The position numbers and the translations under genes are program-made. DNA of 63,237 nucleotides, filler included, from Rhabdomonas costata (taxonomy: Eukaryota), in assembly GCA_019059605.1 (NCBI GenBank). It is 46 parts of 46 records of this genome, joined end to end, with 100 filler letters (N's around TTAATTAATTAA, not from the genome) between each part and the next. Parts side by side here need not be neighbours in the genome. Positions count along the whole stretch, not along the records: positions 1 to 1,278 come from JAHMHO010020915.1; positions 1,379 to 2,656 come from JAHMHO010020916.1; positions 2,757 to 4,034 come from JAHMHO010020917.1; positions 4,135 to 5,411 come from JAHMHO010020918.1; positions 5,512 to 6,788 come from JAHMHO010020919.1; positions 6,889 to 8,166 come from JAHMHO010020920.1; positions 8,267 to 9,543 come from JAHMHO010020921.1; positions 9,644 to 10,920 come from JAHMHO010020922.1; 38 more parts are not named here. One strand, written 5' to 3'. The notes under the pieces are model-generated. The model saw nothing but the letters and a program-made list of their open reading frames with translations. It searched no databases and had not been told where the DNA came from. Below are positions 1 through 12,482 of this stretch, piece by piece; positions within the stretch are counted from its first letter, which is position 1, and every line of letters starts with the position of its first letter.

Positions 1-1278
1 AATCTTGCGCCATGTGCTCAGCACGAGTGGCACACCAGAGCAAAATTTGGAGAAGGAGGAGAATGATGACACCTTGATTATGGATTCGCGGGTTTTAACA
101 AGTTGAATGGTGATGTTTCTTTCAACCTCGAACCAAATTATAGCTCAACCTCCTGTTCTGCCGTGGGGTCCTCCCAGTAAAATGACAGGAAGTCAATCAG
201 AGAGTTTGTCGCGGTCTCCACGGCTGGGGCGTGCCGAGCGCCCAGCAGATACCCCACGAAGATCGCCAGGAGGACCCGCATCAGAAGCCGCGAGGTGGGC
301 ACAGAAACAGCAAATGAAAACGTCCTCATCTTTGTTTTCTTTTTGCAAACAGAGAGGTCTTCGAACAAACCAAGAAAGAAACAACAGTGATGCGAGAGGA
401 CCCTGCCAGGAGTTGGGGACATGAGCAAAGGGTACGAGCGAGGTAATGATCGGAGCTGTTACCCATGGGAGCGTGCGGAGCGGCCAGCGCACACGCGACC
501 CCCAAAAAACGCGATGCAAAATATTCCAAAGAAAAATATTTGCATTTCAAGCAAAAAAATTCACCCGAAGTTGTCTGCAACTTTCTCTTTACAAGGCGGA
601 GAAGAGAAAACGCGGATCCTCCGTCATCCTCACCAGCAAGTTAGTCTGGGGACACCAGCGGTGCAGGTGCAGCGCAATTAGAAGCAAAAGTCCTCAATGA
701 ACCAAAAACGGGATTCTTGACACCCACAAACGGAACCACTACTTTGACGAGAAGGTAAAGAAAATGAGAAAGAAACCTTATGCGCATTTTTACTGTATAA
801 ATATCCCTCCAAAAAGGCATTATCTACATTATCTGGCCTTAGCAGGTCAGCCCCCTTCTCAGATTTCCAGCGCTGTTTCGCGAATGCGTGGTGTTCGAAC
901 GTGTAACTTGGCGCCGGCGCGCAGCACCCTCACCAGTTTGCACACTGCTTCGGGTATTTTCTGTACATCTTGGTCTTGGGATTGTGCTTGTGTAGAAACA
1001 AATGCAAATATCTTTTTTCGTGTCCAAGGTTTGCGGGGTGCCCGTCCTGCTGTACTGTTGGCACCGGTTAGTGCGGGCATGCCCTGTTCCGGTTTTTGGG
1101 GCAAAAAAATTTTGACTTAAAAAAAGGAATTAAAATTGCGCGAAAAACCATGTTTCCAGAAGAAAATCAGGCTCAAAGAAAAATAAAAAAGCGCCTCGGG
1201 CGCACGCGTTTCCAAATTCTTCTGCCCCATGTACCCGTGCTCACTCCATTACAGCTCACTGCCAACACACCCAACTCA

Positions 1279-1378
1279 NNNNNNNNNNNNNNNNNNNNNN
1301 NNNNNNNNNNNNNNNNNNNNNNTTAATTAATTAANNNNNNNNNNNNNNNNNNNNNNNNNNNNNNNNNNNNNNNNNNNN
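1279..1378. other. Artificial contig spacer (first of 45): N44-TTAATTAATTAA-N44
   Basis: The same 100-nt spacer with all-frame stops recurs about every 1377 nt. Contigs are near-identical in length, consistent with size-sorted concatenation. Confidence 0.98.
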
Positions 1379-2762
1379 GGCACGGCTTTGCTCGGCGCAC
1401 CTGTGCCGGCGCTGCCGCGTTGCGGACAAGTCCTCCCGGAAGCCGACCTGCGAGCGCTGCCATGCAGAGGCCCACGTTCAGCGGTATATGCACTATGGGG
1501 CATGATTTGCGGCGCTATCTATGACTGTTCATATAGGGAAGGCATCAGGAATGGGGCGGAATTGAAATTTTGATGGGCAGCGGAACGCTTTCACTGAGTG
1601 TTGTCGGATTCTGTTAGCATCTTATAGTAACATGGAAATTGTGCGGTTGTCGGTTGCAAATTGACCATGGCGTCCATTCTACGCTTTCCGTGGGTCGCCG
1701 TGGAGATGCTGCGTTGCCGTCTGAGATGGGTGGGGGACGCCCACCACTTGCATTCGTCAATGCTGTTTGGAATCTGGAAACCTTTTTTGTGGCACAACTT
1801 CTGCAAAAGAGTGGGGAATGAGATGCACGAGTGGCTTTGAAGGAAGAATCACTGCACATCAGAACAAAACAGACGTGTTCACACTTCTGTTTCTCACAAT
1901 TCTCTCATTGGGGGGAGGGCCAAAAATGTTACCGGTAACGCTTAAAACGGTATTTTCATAGTACTGGGCCGGCACTGGATAGCATCTGTGTGCGTGGGCA
2001 GATCAAAGACGCGGTGAGCTTTTAACAGAAACTCTAAATGGAGGTGGGAAAGGGGCAAGTGCACTTAGTCCGGTCTCGCATAAATCACTGGTGGTAGTGT
2101 CGAAAACGGCCTCCTTCCCTGCACTGTGCCTGCGCAAAGGCCTTTCTGTGTGGCCACGTTGGCGCTGCACACTGTGACTGTCTGACCATGTGTGAGCCTG
2201 TTTCCGGACGTGCGCGGGCTGTGAAAACCGAATTTTTCGAAGAAACCTGGAATGTTTTTTTGAAGAACGGAAAAGCCTCGGGAAAATTTTCTTTTTGCGT
2301 ATTTCCGTTTTTATTTCATGGGGGATGGGGGGGGAATGTGTGGATGTTGGGTTTGCAGGACTCCTCCTGGGGCTGCCTTTCGGTGTGCTCACGGCGGAGC
2401 CCGTGCCCGGTCGCGGCTGTGCTCGGCCCACCACAACCCGCGATCTCTCCTTGACCAAGTCCAGTCTTTGGGCTGCCCACAGTCCGCTTCCCTCATCCTC
2501 AGGAGTTGCCTGGGCGCAGCAAAGGCCACTCATCTGCTGAGAACCCTTTCGTTTTCAAAGGGGGCCTATCTGGCATCTGTTCAGCGCCTCCTCCAGGCAG
2601 TGTGTTCGGTGTTCCCCTGAGCGAAGCGCAGTGAAGCTTACTGTCCCTTCCAATACNNNNNNNNNNNNNNNNNNNNNNNNNNNNNNNNNNNNNNNNNNNN
2701 TTAATTAATTAANNNNNNNNNNNNNNNNNNNNNNNNNNNNNNNNNNNNNNNNNNNNTTGTGG

Positions 2763-3190
2763 TTGTACCTTCGGGAGTATGTTGTGGTGGAGACTCCACA
2801 CACGACTGAATGTCAAGCGTCAAGTCATCATTGTCAGCAACTGCACTTCTTGGATGGGGAGGGGACATGTCAACCACCTCTATACTCTATACCAAACCAA
2901 GCTCCACCCAACAGATTATTCCGGTTCAAAAACCAGAATAATCTGTTGGGTGGAGCTTGGTATCGCTTCTTCCAGTTGGCTTTCTGAACAGCTATGATCG
3001 GCGCTCAGCTTTCCGCGCTCGTTGTCGTCCACAGCGCCACTTCTTTCGGGTCGTTCGCCTTGCCTCGCAGCTCACTTTCTGAGGCTACCTAAGGTGGACC
3101 GTTGCGGATACGCGGCACCTACTTGCGTCACTCAACCTCATATTCAGTCGTGTGTGGAGTCTCCACCACAACATACTCCCGAAGGTACAA
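2763..3190. repeat. 49-bp perfect inverted repeat (2763-2811 / 3142-3190) inside the carrier-gene intron
   Basis: TTGTACCTTCGGGAG...GACTGAAT is the exact reverse complement of ATTCAGTC...GAAGGTACAA. Confidence 0.95.
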
Positions 3191-3198
3191 GCACAAAC

Positions 3199-4034
3199 CT
3201 CGCGGTAGATCTCCACTGCGCATGGCCACATCCCTGGCAGGCCCTTGGTGGTAGCCCCAGGGGTGGAGCTTCCCTGGGCTTGCACGCGAGATTTCACCAC
3301 ATCCACAGGGTTGCTGAGGATCGAGCCTGGGCGCGAGACCACACTACAGAAGCGAAAGCAACATCGAACACGTTCACTTAGGAGAGGAGAGGAGATGCTT
3401 TCCCGGAAAAATGACCCTCAAAAATCAGTGCAGGGAGGAATGCGTCGAATACGCCTCAGGCGGAGCTACAATGATTGGGGGCTTCAGGGGAGGCTTTGTG
3501 CCGAACTTTCCCCATTGGGCAGTCCGACAGGATACAAGATACAGATACAAGATACAAGCATATGCCAGAGAATAGCCATGCCACCGCGAGGCTCCTGCAA
3601 TAGCACAGCTGAATTTCAGGTCCACTATTTTTAGCCTTATTTTAAAAATAATCGGAGTATCGGGTTTGCTTCCCCTTTCACAAATAAAAGGGGAAGCATG
3701 AGAGTGCATGTGAGAACAAAAAAAGCAAACCGGCAGCCCCCACGAATAGCCCACAGGCCATCGGGTGCCACCCCGCGTTCACCCCGTTGTTGGTTTTGCG
3801 GAACCCCGACATGCAGGCCTCATACAAGGGGAACCGCACCGCCATCATCCACGCGTTCCGGGTCAGGGTGGGGGCCCAGCCGTAGAACAGGTTGCCAATC
3901 CCCCCGGCTCGCACCACGCGGACTAGTGAGAGCCACATCGAGGTGTGCGCGGGGTTGGCCACCCCGACCTGGGCCTGCCGCAGCACACGCAGCCGCTCCC
4001 ATGGGGTGACCCACAGCACCGCATACACACCCCC
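3199..4034 (-). CDS. Mitochondrial carrier (SLC25 family), partial; exons 4034-3731 and 3326-3199
   Basis: Two Px[DE]xx[KR]x[KR]-type signatures (PWERLRVLRQ, PVDVVKSRVQ) plus GGIGNLFYGWAPTLTRN. The GT-AG intron 3730-3327 joins in frame (G|GC). Confidence 0.9.
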
Positions 4035-4324
4035 NNNNNNNNNNNNNNNNNNNNNNNNNNNNNNNNNNNNNNNNNNNNTTAATTAATTAANNNNNNNNNN
4101 NNNNNNNNNNNNNNNNNNNNNNNNNNNNNNNNNNGGTTGTGGTTAGTGTCTCCCAGATGAATACAATCAATTCATTTTCCAGTGAAATCCTCTCTGTGAA
4201 GCTGCGGAGTGACGGGGCGGGCGCTCGGCCCCCCAGAGGGGGGTGGGTTCGGCTTGAGTCCCGAGACGTCCACTTCCGAGAGCCCCTGTTCGAGACCGCA
4301 CGGGATGCTTCCTGGACCAGGTCA

Positions 4325-4729
4325 TTAGTCCAGCTTCATGATCTCACTGAACACTTCCTGTGCACATGCCAAAAATGCCCGGGGCATGGTTTCATTTCGA
4401 ATGCAGCATAGCCAGCTTCAATTTGGCAATGGTCGTTTTACTCTTCCTCGTAACTGGAGCAATGGAACACTCAAGCGGTATCAGTTGTCAACGCCCAGAT
4501 GCCGAGATGGACGTACGTACATTTGGTGAGCCAGCTTAAAGCCAACGAGAGCGGAAGGATCACTCGGAAGACACTAAGTACCAAAAAGTGCATGACCAGG
4601 GACGAGGTGAGGGCATCGAGTGTTGACGAAACCTTGGGAAGCTCCAGTTGCATCGACTTCTGCAGAGCCTTCTTGCCCTTTTTCTGGCCATCCAGCAGCT
4701 TCATCTTCCGAGTGATGTCCCCTCCATAA
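4325..4729 (-). CDS. GUF1: Translation factor GUF1/LepA (EF4), last two exons 4729-4633 and 4357-4325
   Basis: YGGDITRKMKLLDGQKKGKK...ELPK|EVFSEIMKLD* matches the LepA C-terminal motif CYGGDITRKxKLLEKQKxGK. Both exons have canonical splice sites. Confidence 0.9.
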
Positions 4730-6907
4730 CTACAGCGATTAGAGGCAATTTCAAACCCAAAACGAGCATCCAAGACAAGACTCATTGGGCCATTGAGCTG
4801 TCCATTCCAGCTCTACCCTTGCATGCGCTTTGTTTTGAGTGTGCTGAGGAGAAGGTAACAACAATCACGGCATTGACAACAAAAAGCGAGGAGTCTGTTG
4901 CTCTGCGGTTGTTTCCGTATCAGACTGTTTCGATGTTACGGGGGATTACAAAAAAGGTAGCACACCATTTTGCAGTGACATCGTTGCGAAGTGCCTTCAG
5001 CCTACAGAAGAAAACACCAAATTCAGTCAGGTCAGTAGGAATAACTTGAAGACGATGCACCAACCAAAAAGGTCACATCTGCAACCTGACGCCAGGCAAA
5101 GACAGGTATTAATAAGAAACAATACTTTCCAACCAAATAAATCAAACAGTTTGGATTCGAACAAGAAGAACGGGAGAGGGAAGAGGAGCGCATTCCGCAA
5201 CGGTCTCAGGTCCAGCAATAATTTTATAGGAAAGCGGAGAAGGTCTAGAAGGGGGTTCAGGGACGAGGGACAATAAAGAAACAGAGCCAGCGAGGCACGG
5301 TTAACGGAAGTAAAAGAAATTGCTCTCCACAGAAGGAACGTATGCAACAGAAATGGGAAGGGGGGCGCCTGCCCTGCTCTTTAGTTTCCACCACCCAACC
5401 ACACCCAACACNNNNNNNNNNNNNNNNNNNNNNNNNNNNNNNNNNNNNNNNNNNNTTAATTAATTAANNNNNNNNNNNNNNNNNNNNNNNNNNNNNNNNN
5501 NNNNNNNNNNNTGTTGGGGGGGGGCATAAATGCACTTGATAGCGGGGCCATAAATGCACTAGCGCCCCAGCATTGCTCAACTATACTGATTTCAAGCGGG
5601 TGCGGTGACGACTTTGAACATGATGAGATGAAGAAACTAAAATTGAGACCACCCACACTAATCCAGCAGGTAACTGAAGGAAATTTAATTTGTAGCCCAA
5701 AAGCGGTTCCAAACGCAAACGAGATTTAATGTCTGAGGTGCCCACAAGCAGAGGAACAAGCAAAAATCGACTGAACAGCGGTCCATCGGAAAAAAGATTG
5801 CAACCGCAGGGCGCTGCAACCTTGCTCTCTGTCCTAGACTCGAACACACAAAAAAGGGGGGACAGCGCTGCATGGGTGCAGGCAGCCATTAATCCAGGGC
5901 AATAAAACATGGGGACACCATCCTCCACTGCCCCAAACGCATTGGGGCCCAAACACACAGGTGCTTGGGTTCAGGAAGACACCGGGTGGGCGGCAGAGGT
6001 TAGCCGTACAGCCCCCCAGAAGCCCTACCACTCATAGAGGTTGAGGGCTGGGTTGGGGTCTTCGTCCCAGCGGGCCGAGGGTGCTCCTGTGCAGAGCTGA
6101 CACCAGTAGTATTCCTGTGGCTGAAAGTGGCCGGACTGACGCTGCGTCGTCCGAAGGGCGTGGGGGTTGCTCGAGACTTGTCCGCGAAGTCCTGAAGAGT
6201 CCAAAACAGTCCAAAAGAGACACAAACATGCAGCTGGTCAGCAACTAGACAATCGTTGCATGAATTTTGACTTTCTACATCCATCTACGTAGGAAATGCT
6301 GTCGCTCCTTGGGTCGGGTCCCGGCCAGCCACAACACCGCCCCAACACTCAACGGCGACAATCATCCACAGTTGCTCTGAAGCAGAGACATGTGCTGGGG
6401 GAGCAGGGAAGACAGCTGGCCACCTGAGACACAGATATCACTGTCAGCCCCGGCACCGAAGAGGATGGGACCTGAAAAAAGAGCCGAAAAAGAAAAGAAG
6501 GGAGCAGAACCTCGCTTGCTCTGCGTTGATTGCCTGGAAAACCCTGCACATTCGCACGTGTTTGAGAGAGTGGGAAAAGTGGGGAAAAGTTGAGGTGGGG
6601 TGGGGGAGTGGTAACAATTACCAGAAATAACCGAAAAAGTATCGAAAATTGTGCATACTTCAGCTTGGAAAAGGTTAGGTAGTTGAATCAAGCATCTTGA
6701 AAACGACTCTATTATTTATTTCGATAGATGAGTATTCTTGGGGCTGGGATATGGGCGGAGGAGTAGGACAGAATTTGTTTAGGGCCAGNNNNNNNNNNNN
6801 NNNNNNNNNNNNNNNNNNNNNNNNNNNNNNNNTTAATTAATTAANNNNNNNNNNNNNNNNNNNNNNNNNNNNNNNNNNNNNNNNNNNNGGTGGGGGGGAT
6901 GGCAAAC

Positions 6908-7079
6908 TTCATCGACCAGAAACGGGCACCGGGTGAGGCTGCAGTGGCTGAGAGTGAGCCGCTCGGGGCAGGCCTGGCGGGCGTCCGCGCTGCGTCGCAC
7001 GATCTGCGTCTCCAACCCATCCAAGCCGACAATGGTGGAGGCCTGCACGCAGCCGCTTCCGCCGCCGCTGTTCTTGGAG
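6908..7079 (-). CDS. Exon of a probable leucine-rich-repeat protein (LRRC49-like N-terminal region)
   Basis: IVRRSADARQACPERLTLSHCSLTRCPFLVDE|GT resembles the pre-LRR segment of LRRC49 as recalled. GC3-rich codons and a GT donor at 6907. Confidence 0.4.
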
Positions 7080-8518
7080 CCGGCCAGGACCTCTGCAGGG
7101 GCCTGGGCCGCACTGAGAGTCAAGAAAGGGAGGGAGAATCAAGCTGAGCCCAACAGGGAAAGGAGTCGGTGCGAGATGAAAAGATGAGGTGGTTGCTTTC
7201 ACCCCTTGGGCAGATCGGCTCTCAGATGATTTCACACCTGCCACGTGAAACGGGTAAATTGTATGTACAAGTGTGCACACAAACCACACTGGGGTTATCT
7301 CATTGCTTCGGGAAACGCTCCCGTTCCAACTTAAACACAGAGAAACACAGACCGACAATGAACCACAACAAGGACAAAAGAATATGTGCATCATTTGTTT
7401 GAAACAGGGTCGAGATCCACCCAGCAGTCATTTCTCGCGGCGAGCCTCTGGAGCACTCACACACGTTCCAGGTGTCCCAGTGACACAAAAGGTGGATGAG
7501 GTGTGGTGCGGAAAGTATGTCCAGGGTTCTGAGTCACCAGGTAGAAATGCAGGCAAGCACCAAACGGAGTTTGTCGATGATTTCTCATGAAGGGTGGTGA
7601 AGCAAGGAGACAATGGTGGCAACGGTGGTGGTGGGGTACCAATGGAGAAGAAAGAGCAAAATTAACCCAAGCTCAAAGCAAACGTCAATGAGCACGGCGC
7701 TTAACTTACAAACCGGTGCCACGGAAGCATCAGTTTTGTACAATCTACAATCAACCAATCATAATGTACATTCTACATAATCGGATTTCTTTACACTTAT
7801 CTTAAACCTGAGCGCAATGTTCAGCCGCCCACCCACACTGAGGTGTATTGCTCACCCCCAAATCATGAGGCAAGAACGCGCTGCACACCAGATCCCGGCG
7901 AGGCCAGCTCAGACGGGCTCCCCAGGTCCCCCTCAGGCTGCGCAGACCCCCGGTGGAGTTGGCTTCGCATCCTCCGCAGTTGCCGCAGCTGCTGCTGCTG
8001 TGTGCGCTGCAGGGCATGGAGCTGCTGCCCAGTTGCGGGACCCGACAGGCCCCGGCAGAGGTCTGAGCTTGAAGGGCCAGAATAATACTCGGACCCTTTG
8101 TGCATACTTTGTTACCAAATGGTGGTTCGCCAAACCGAAAAAAGAAAGAAGCGATACCACCCAACANNNNNNNNNNNNNNNNNNNNNNNNNNNNNNNNNN
8201 NNNNNNNNNNTTAATTAATTAANNNNNNNNNNNNNNNNNNNNNNNNNNNNNNNNNNNNNNNNNNNNGTGCTCGTAGTTCCTTCCTATCCGGCTTTGTGCT
8301 CCCAAGTGTGTATCCAGGTCTCCGGTTCCTTACGCGTGCATGTGTTCTTGTTCTTACTATGTTATGGTGTCGTAGTGTGTAGTGTAGCGTAGTCTGTAGT
8401 GTAGGGTGTAGCTGTAGCTGTAGGGTTAGGTGTTGCTGTAGGGTGTCTGGTGCTGGCTGTTACGTTGGTGTGTGCTGTGCTTGCTGTAGGCTTCTGCTAC
8501 CATGCTCTCTTGCTTTGT

Positions 8519-8643
8519 CTCAGGGTCTCAGGGTGTCAGGGTGTCAAGGTCTCAAGGTCTCACGGTGTCAGGGTTTCACGGCGTCAGAGGGTTTACGGGT
8601 TCATGGTTTCAGGGTTCATGGTTTTACGTCTCACGGTTTTACG
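8519..8643 (+). repeat. Degenerate ~8-bp tandem repeat (GGTSTCAG-like) in a G/T-skewed region
   Basis: ctcagggtctcagggtgtcagggtgtcaaggtctcaaggtctcacggtgtcagggtttcacgg... Confidence 0.8.
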
Positions 8644-9652
8644 CCTTCTGTGTTTCTGGCTCTGTGTGTCCATGGCTGTATCCTGGTGTTGTGTGTTGGC
8701 ATTCTTGGTGTTGTGGTTCCGTCTCAGGGTTTCGTGTCAGAGGGTCTGTTTCTTTGCGTAGGGTTCATGCTTTCTGTGTCAATGCTTCTACAGTGCTTGT
8801 TGGTGTCATGGTGGTTGAGGGGTTCTTGGGTTCTTGGGTTCTTGTTTGGGGAGGGTTGGGGTGTGAGGGGTTCGTGAGGCTAAGGGTATCAGCATGACTA
8901 TGAGTGAAGAAGTGAGTAACTCAGCATGACTATGAGAGAAAAAGAAACCCAGATGCCTTACTCCTTCATGCCTCAACCCTCCTTCGTTGCTTCCTACTAC
9001 GGCATGTCCGTACCGACCATGCCTTCGTGTCTAAGAGTGAAAGCGTAAACCTCTCCTGGGTATTCCTGCGTGGCTTCGCCCGGACGGAGTGACACGGACC
9101 GCCTAATGGCGGGGAGTGGAACGAAGTGACAGGTGGGGTAGAAGAGAGGGAGGGATTCGAGAGGACGTGAGAATCCCGACAGTGGGGTTCATTGCTGGTC
9201 GTGATGACTCAGTGCCTTCGTCATCACTCCCTAGATGTGATGGTTCGTCACTCCACCGCTATGCGGCTCCGTTCCTCACATCAAATGCAGAATAGATAGC
9301 TGAAGTCGGGATGCAAACGGTCAAATACCAAGAGAAGAATAAATCAAGAAATCAAAACCCTCAAGTCCAAAATCCAACCCTCTAAATCAAAAACCCAACC
9401 TCCAGACTCACCACCCGAATGCCTCAACCCACCCGAGATGCCTGAACCCACACCCAACCTGCACTCAAATACCAGATGTGTAAAAACCACCCCCGTCAAA
9501 AAACCCCCGAATCATGTCTAAAATAGGTTGAGATCTGAACCTTNNNNNNNNNNNNNNNNNNNNNNNNNNNNNNNNNNNNNNNNNNNNTTAATTAATTAAN
9601 NNNNNNNNNNNNNNNNNNNNNNNNNNNNNNNNNNNNNNNNNNNCCCGCGCAG

Positions 9653-9798
9653 GTGGATATCAGCGACTCCCCTAAGGTCTCCAAGAAGTATGGCATTATC
9701 GTGCTTCCCACCTATGTGCTGTTTGCCAGTGGGGTGGAAATCTCCAGGGTCTCTGGGGCGAGCACGGCGAAGCTGACGGAGCTGATCCACCGTGCCAC
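9653..9798 (+). CDS. Thioredoxin-fold protein, exon with the C-terminal half of the domain
   Basis: CAG|VDISDSPKVSKKYGIIVLPTYVLFASGVEISRVSGASTAKLTELI|GT fits the thioredoxin pattern VDxD...YGI..xPT..xFxxG.E..RV.GA. The active site is not in the contig. Confidence 0.75.
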
Positions 9799-12403
9799 GT
9801 ATGTTGAAGGAAGTCCTGACCATTATAATGTGAATGGGGAAGGATGGTCGTCTGCAAGATGTCTGTGTCCTCAAACCGTCAAACTCTTTGATATGGTGAA
9901 AGTTGGAGGGAGTTTCACACAATCTCCAGGAAATGGCCACCACCAGCGCTACTGCAATTCCCGCCCAAGCTTGTTTGTAATCCAATTTTAGCTATTGATT
10001 TAGCGGCTTTAGGTCGACACTTTCTTGTTTTCCCTTCACAAGCCGCTCGATCTGACTCTCTCTTTTACAGTGCAAGCGAGTGTGCTATAGTTTTTTGTGT
10101 CCCGCCCCCTGCCTCCTCCTTTTCTCCTGTGTCTTCTCGCGCTCAGCTACTGGTGGTGTTCTATTCAGCCTTTCTCATGAGATGTGAATTCCGCAGCTGT
10201 TGACGTGACATGTGATTTTTTTTAACGCAGCGCGGCCTGCGCGCACGCTGCGGAGCCGTTCTGTCGAGCGCACCCCGTGGGTCCACGGGGATGGGCCATC
10301 CCGTGTGGCCACCACGAGGCCTCCGTCCGAGGAAAGTCCTGCGGCTCCCGCTCAGCAGGGACCCCGACGAAGTTTCAGTTCTTCGGGTTCGCGTAACTGT
10401 GAGGGCCTGTGCGAGTGTGGGTGTGGATGTATGTCTGCGAGCAAGTGTTTGTTTGCGTTTGTAGGAGAGACAAACCTTTCTCAGCCATGATCTTATGTCT
10501 CGTGGCGACTCGATAACTCTGGCAACTTATGTCCCCAACCTGAGGCACCTGCTATCCCCCGTGTTCCACACAGGGGAAGACCTGGTTGCGGTGGGGCCAT
10601 GGAGTTGCCTTGAGCCTAACGCCCAAGGAGAGGCCGGCGTGAATGACTCAAGGCGAATGGTTGCGTCAGCATGATCCTGGACGGGGTGATTGCCACGTAT
10701 TTTGCGTAATTGCACCCTGGTTGATTGATGTTCACCAGGGGCCTTGGGTTTCCGCTTCCGCCTGTCTTAGTCCCCAGCCCGTGAGGAGATCTCACATCTC
10801 TGTGTATGAATCAGCTTTGAGAGGATCCTGACGATCTGAGCTTTTACGTAGCGGATGGTTCTCTTCAAAACCGTATGCAAGAGCAGCACAGGACACCACA
10901 AACCCAAACACACCCACCACNNNNNNNNNNNNNNNNNNNNNNNNNNNNNNNNNNNNNNNNNNNNTTAATTAATTAANNNNNNNNNNNNNNNNNNNNNNNN
11001 NNNNNNNNNNNNNNNNNNNNGTTTGTTGTGAGCTTGGGTTGAGTAACCACCCCACCCTTCTCTGCAATCGCGCACAGATTTTCCGGTGACCGTCAATAGG
11101 GATCCTGAGGGATGCCTCGAAAACCCGCAGTACGTGCTTTTTTGCACTGATTTTTGTTTTGGCAGCCGTTTTTCCGGTGTGCGCTTGAAACGGTGAATAT
11201 GATTTTCAGTCGTACTTTTTTTATCTAGAGCCGTTACAACCAGTTACGCTGCACTTGGTGCTATGGTGGTCAGCAAAGTTGTGACTGCCTCCTTCAAAAA
11301 AGCAGCGTCTCGAATTCGTCGGCCGAGTTCTCCCAAAGACTCGTGCCGTGCCAGAAAGGGACGATCTCGTGGGCCGTGCCGTGAATAGTTATTGCCCTTG
11401 TGACAACACGGCACACTGGACTGACATCACCATGTGGATTGTCTGAGCGCACCTCGGGGATTGCGTGTGCTGGGAGCTGTCATGTTACCCTTCATAGGCC
11501 GATCTTGGGCGTCTGCTGTGCTGCCGGGGAAGCCCCCAGGCCGTGTGACTCACGACCAGTCCTTAGGACGATCACCTACAACCGCGCCGCGGATTTCCGG
11601 CCGGCATGCTCCCTCCCCCTGTGTCATCCCTGTCGGTTCATTCCTTTCACTTCTTGCAGCATTGCTGAAATTCCGGAATGTAAGGAAAGACTTTCTCCTA
11701 GCAGCACACGCTTTGCTGAGTTGTATCTGTGATGTTGTGATGATCCGGGTGGGTTTTTTGAAACAGCTCCTCATTCACTTTGTGCTCTATCCGCTCCGCT
11801 CTTTCACTGTCTCCTTCATGGATTCATGCGCTTCTGCTGTCTTGTGCGTTTATGCTGCAGTTCTCGGGCCGAATCAGACACATTTTTGGAAATTGCTGTT
11901 TTTAGGGCACCGGGACCACCTACTACCAACCTCCTCTACTGCTAGCACTTATTGCATTTATTTTAGCAAAATGGGGAGTTAGGTATTGTGGGGCACCTCC
12001 TTTAAAGGATACCTACATGATGCTTGGCGTTGAAGGTGCACGCCGTGCACCCGAAACACGCCTATGTCACCTTCAAAAAGACTGTTCTGTTGGCCGAAAC
12101 TTCGCCTTTGCACCGTGTACCTAAAAGTCTGAAAGGACTGGAGATTTACTCCTAAAAATCCCCGCGCCTTCGGCGCGCGAAGCTCCATTCCATACCGTAC
12201 TTTGCCCCCCAGGTCAAAACCTCATCTACGGGCTGCGCTCATCTCCACGTACACTACATTTTTGAGACCAGCGGCAAAACACAGTAAAATGACTGTTNNN
12301 NNNNNNNNNNNNNNNNNNNNNNNNNNNNNNNNNNNNNNNNNTTAATTAATTAANNNNNNNNNNNNNNNNNNNNNNNNNNNNNNNNNNNNNNNNNNNNTTT
12401 TGG

Positions 12404-12482
12404 TGGTCGAGATGAACGCCCTGACACCAGAGACTTTTGGAGGGTTGGAAAGCCCCTGGTGTCAGGGCGTTCATCTCGACCA
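12404..12482. repeat. Hairpin with 27-bp perfect arms at contig start
   Basis: TGGTCGAGATGAACGCCCTGACACCAG ... CTGGTGTCAGGGCGTTCATCTCGACCA. Confidence 0.92.

Noticed and set aside
1261-1390. Most contigs start G/T-rich and end C/A-rich
   Set aside because: Most likely low-quality read tails at assembly breaks, so the terminal 5-15 nt are unreliable.
8443-8897. Hydrophobic Cys/Val-rich ORFs as membrane or mitochondrial proteins
   Set aside because: Open in all three frames because of G/T skew, with no recognisable motif.
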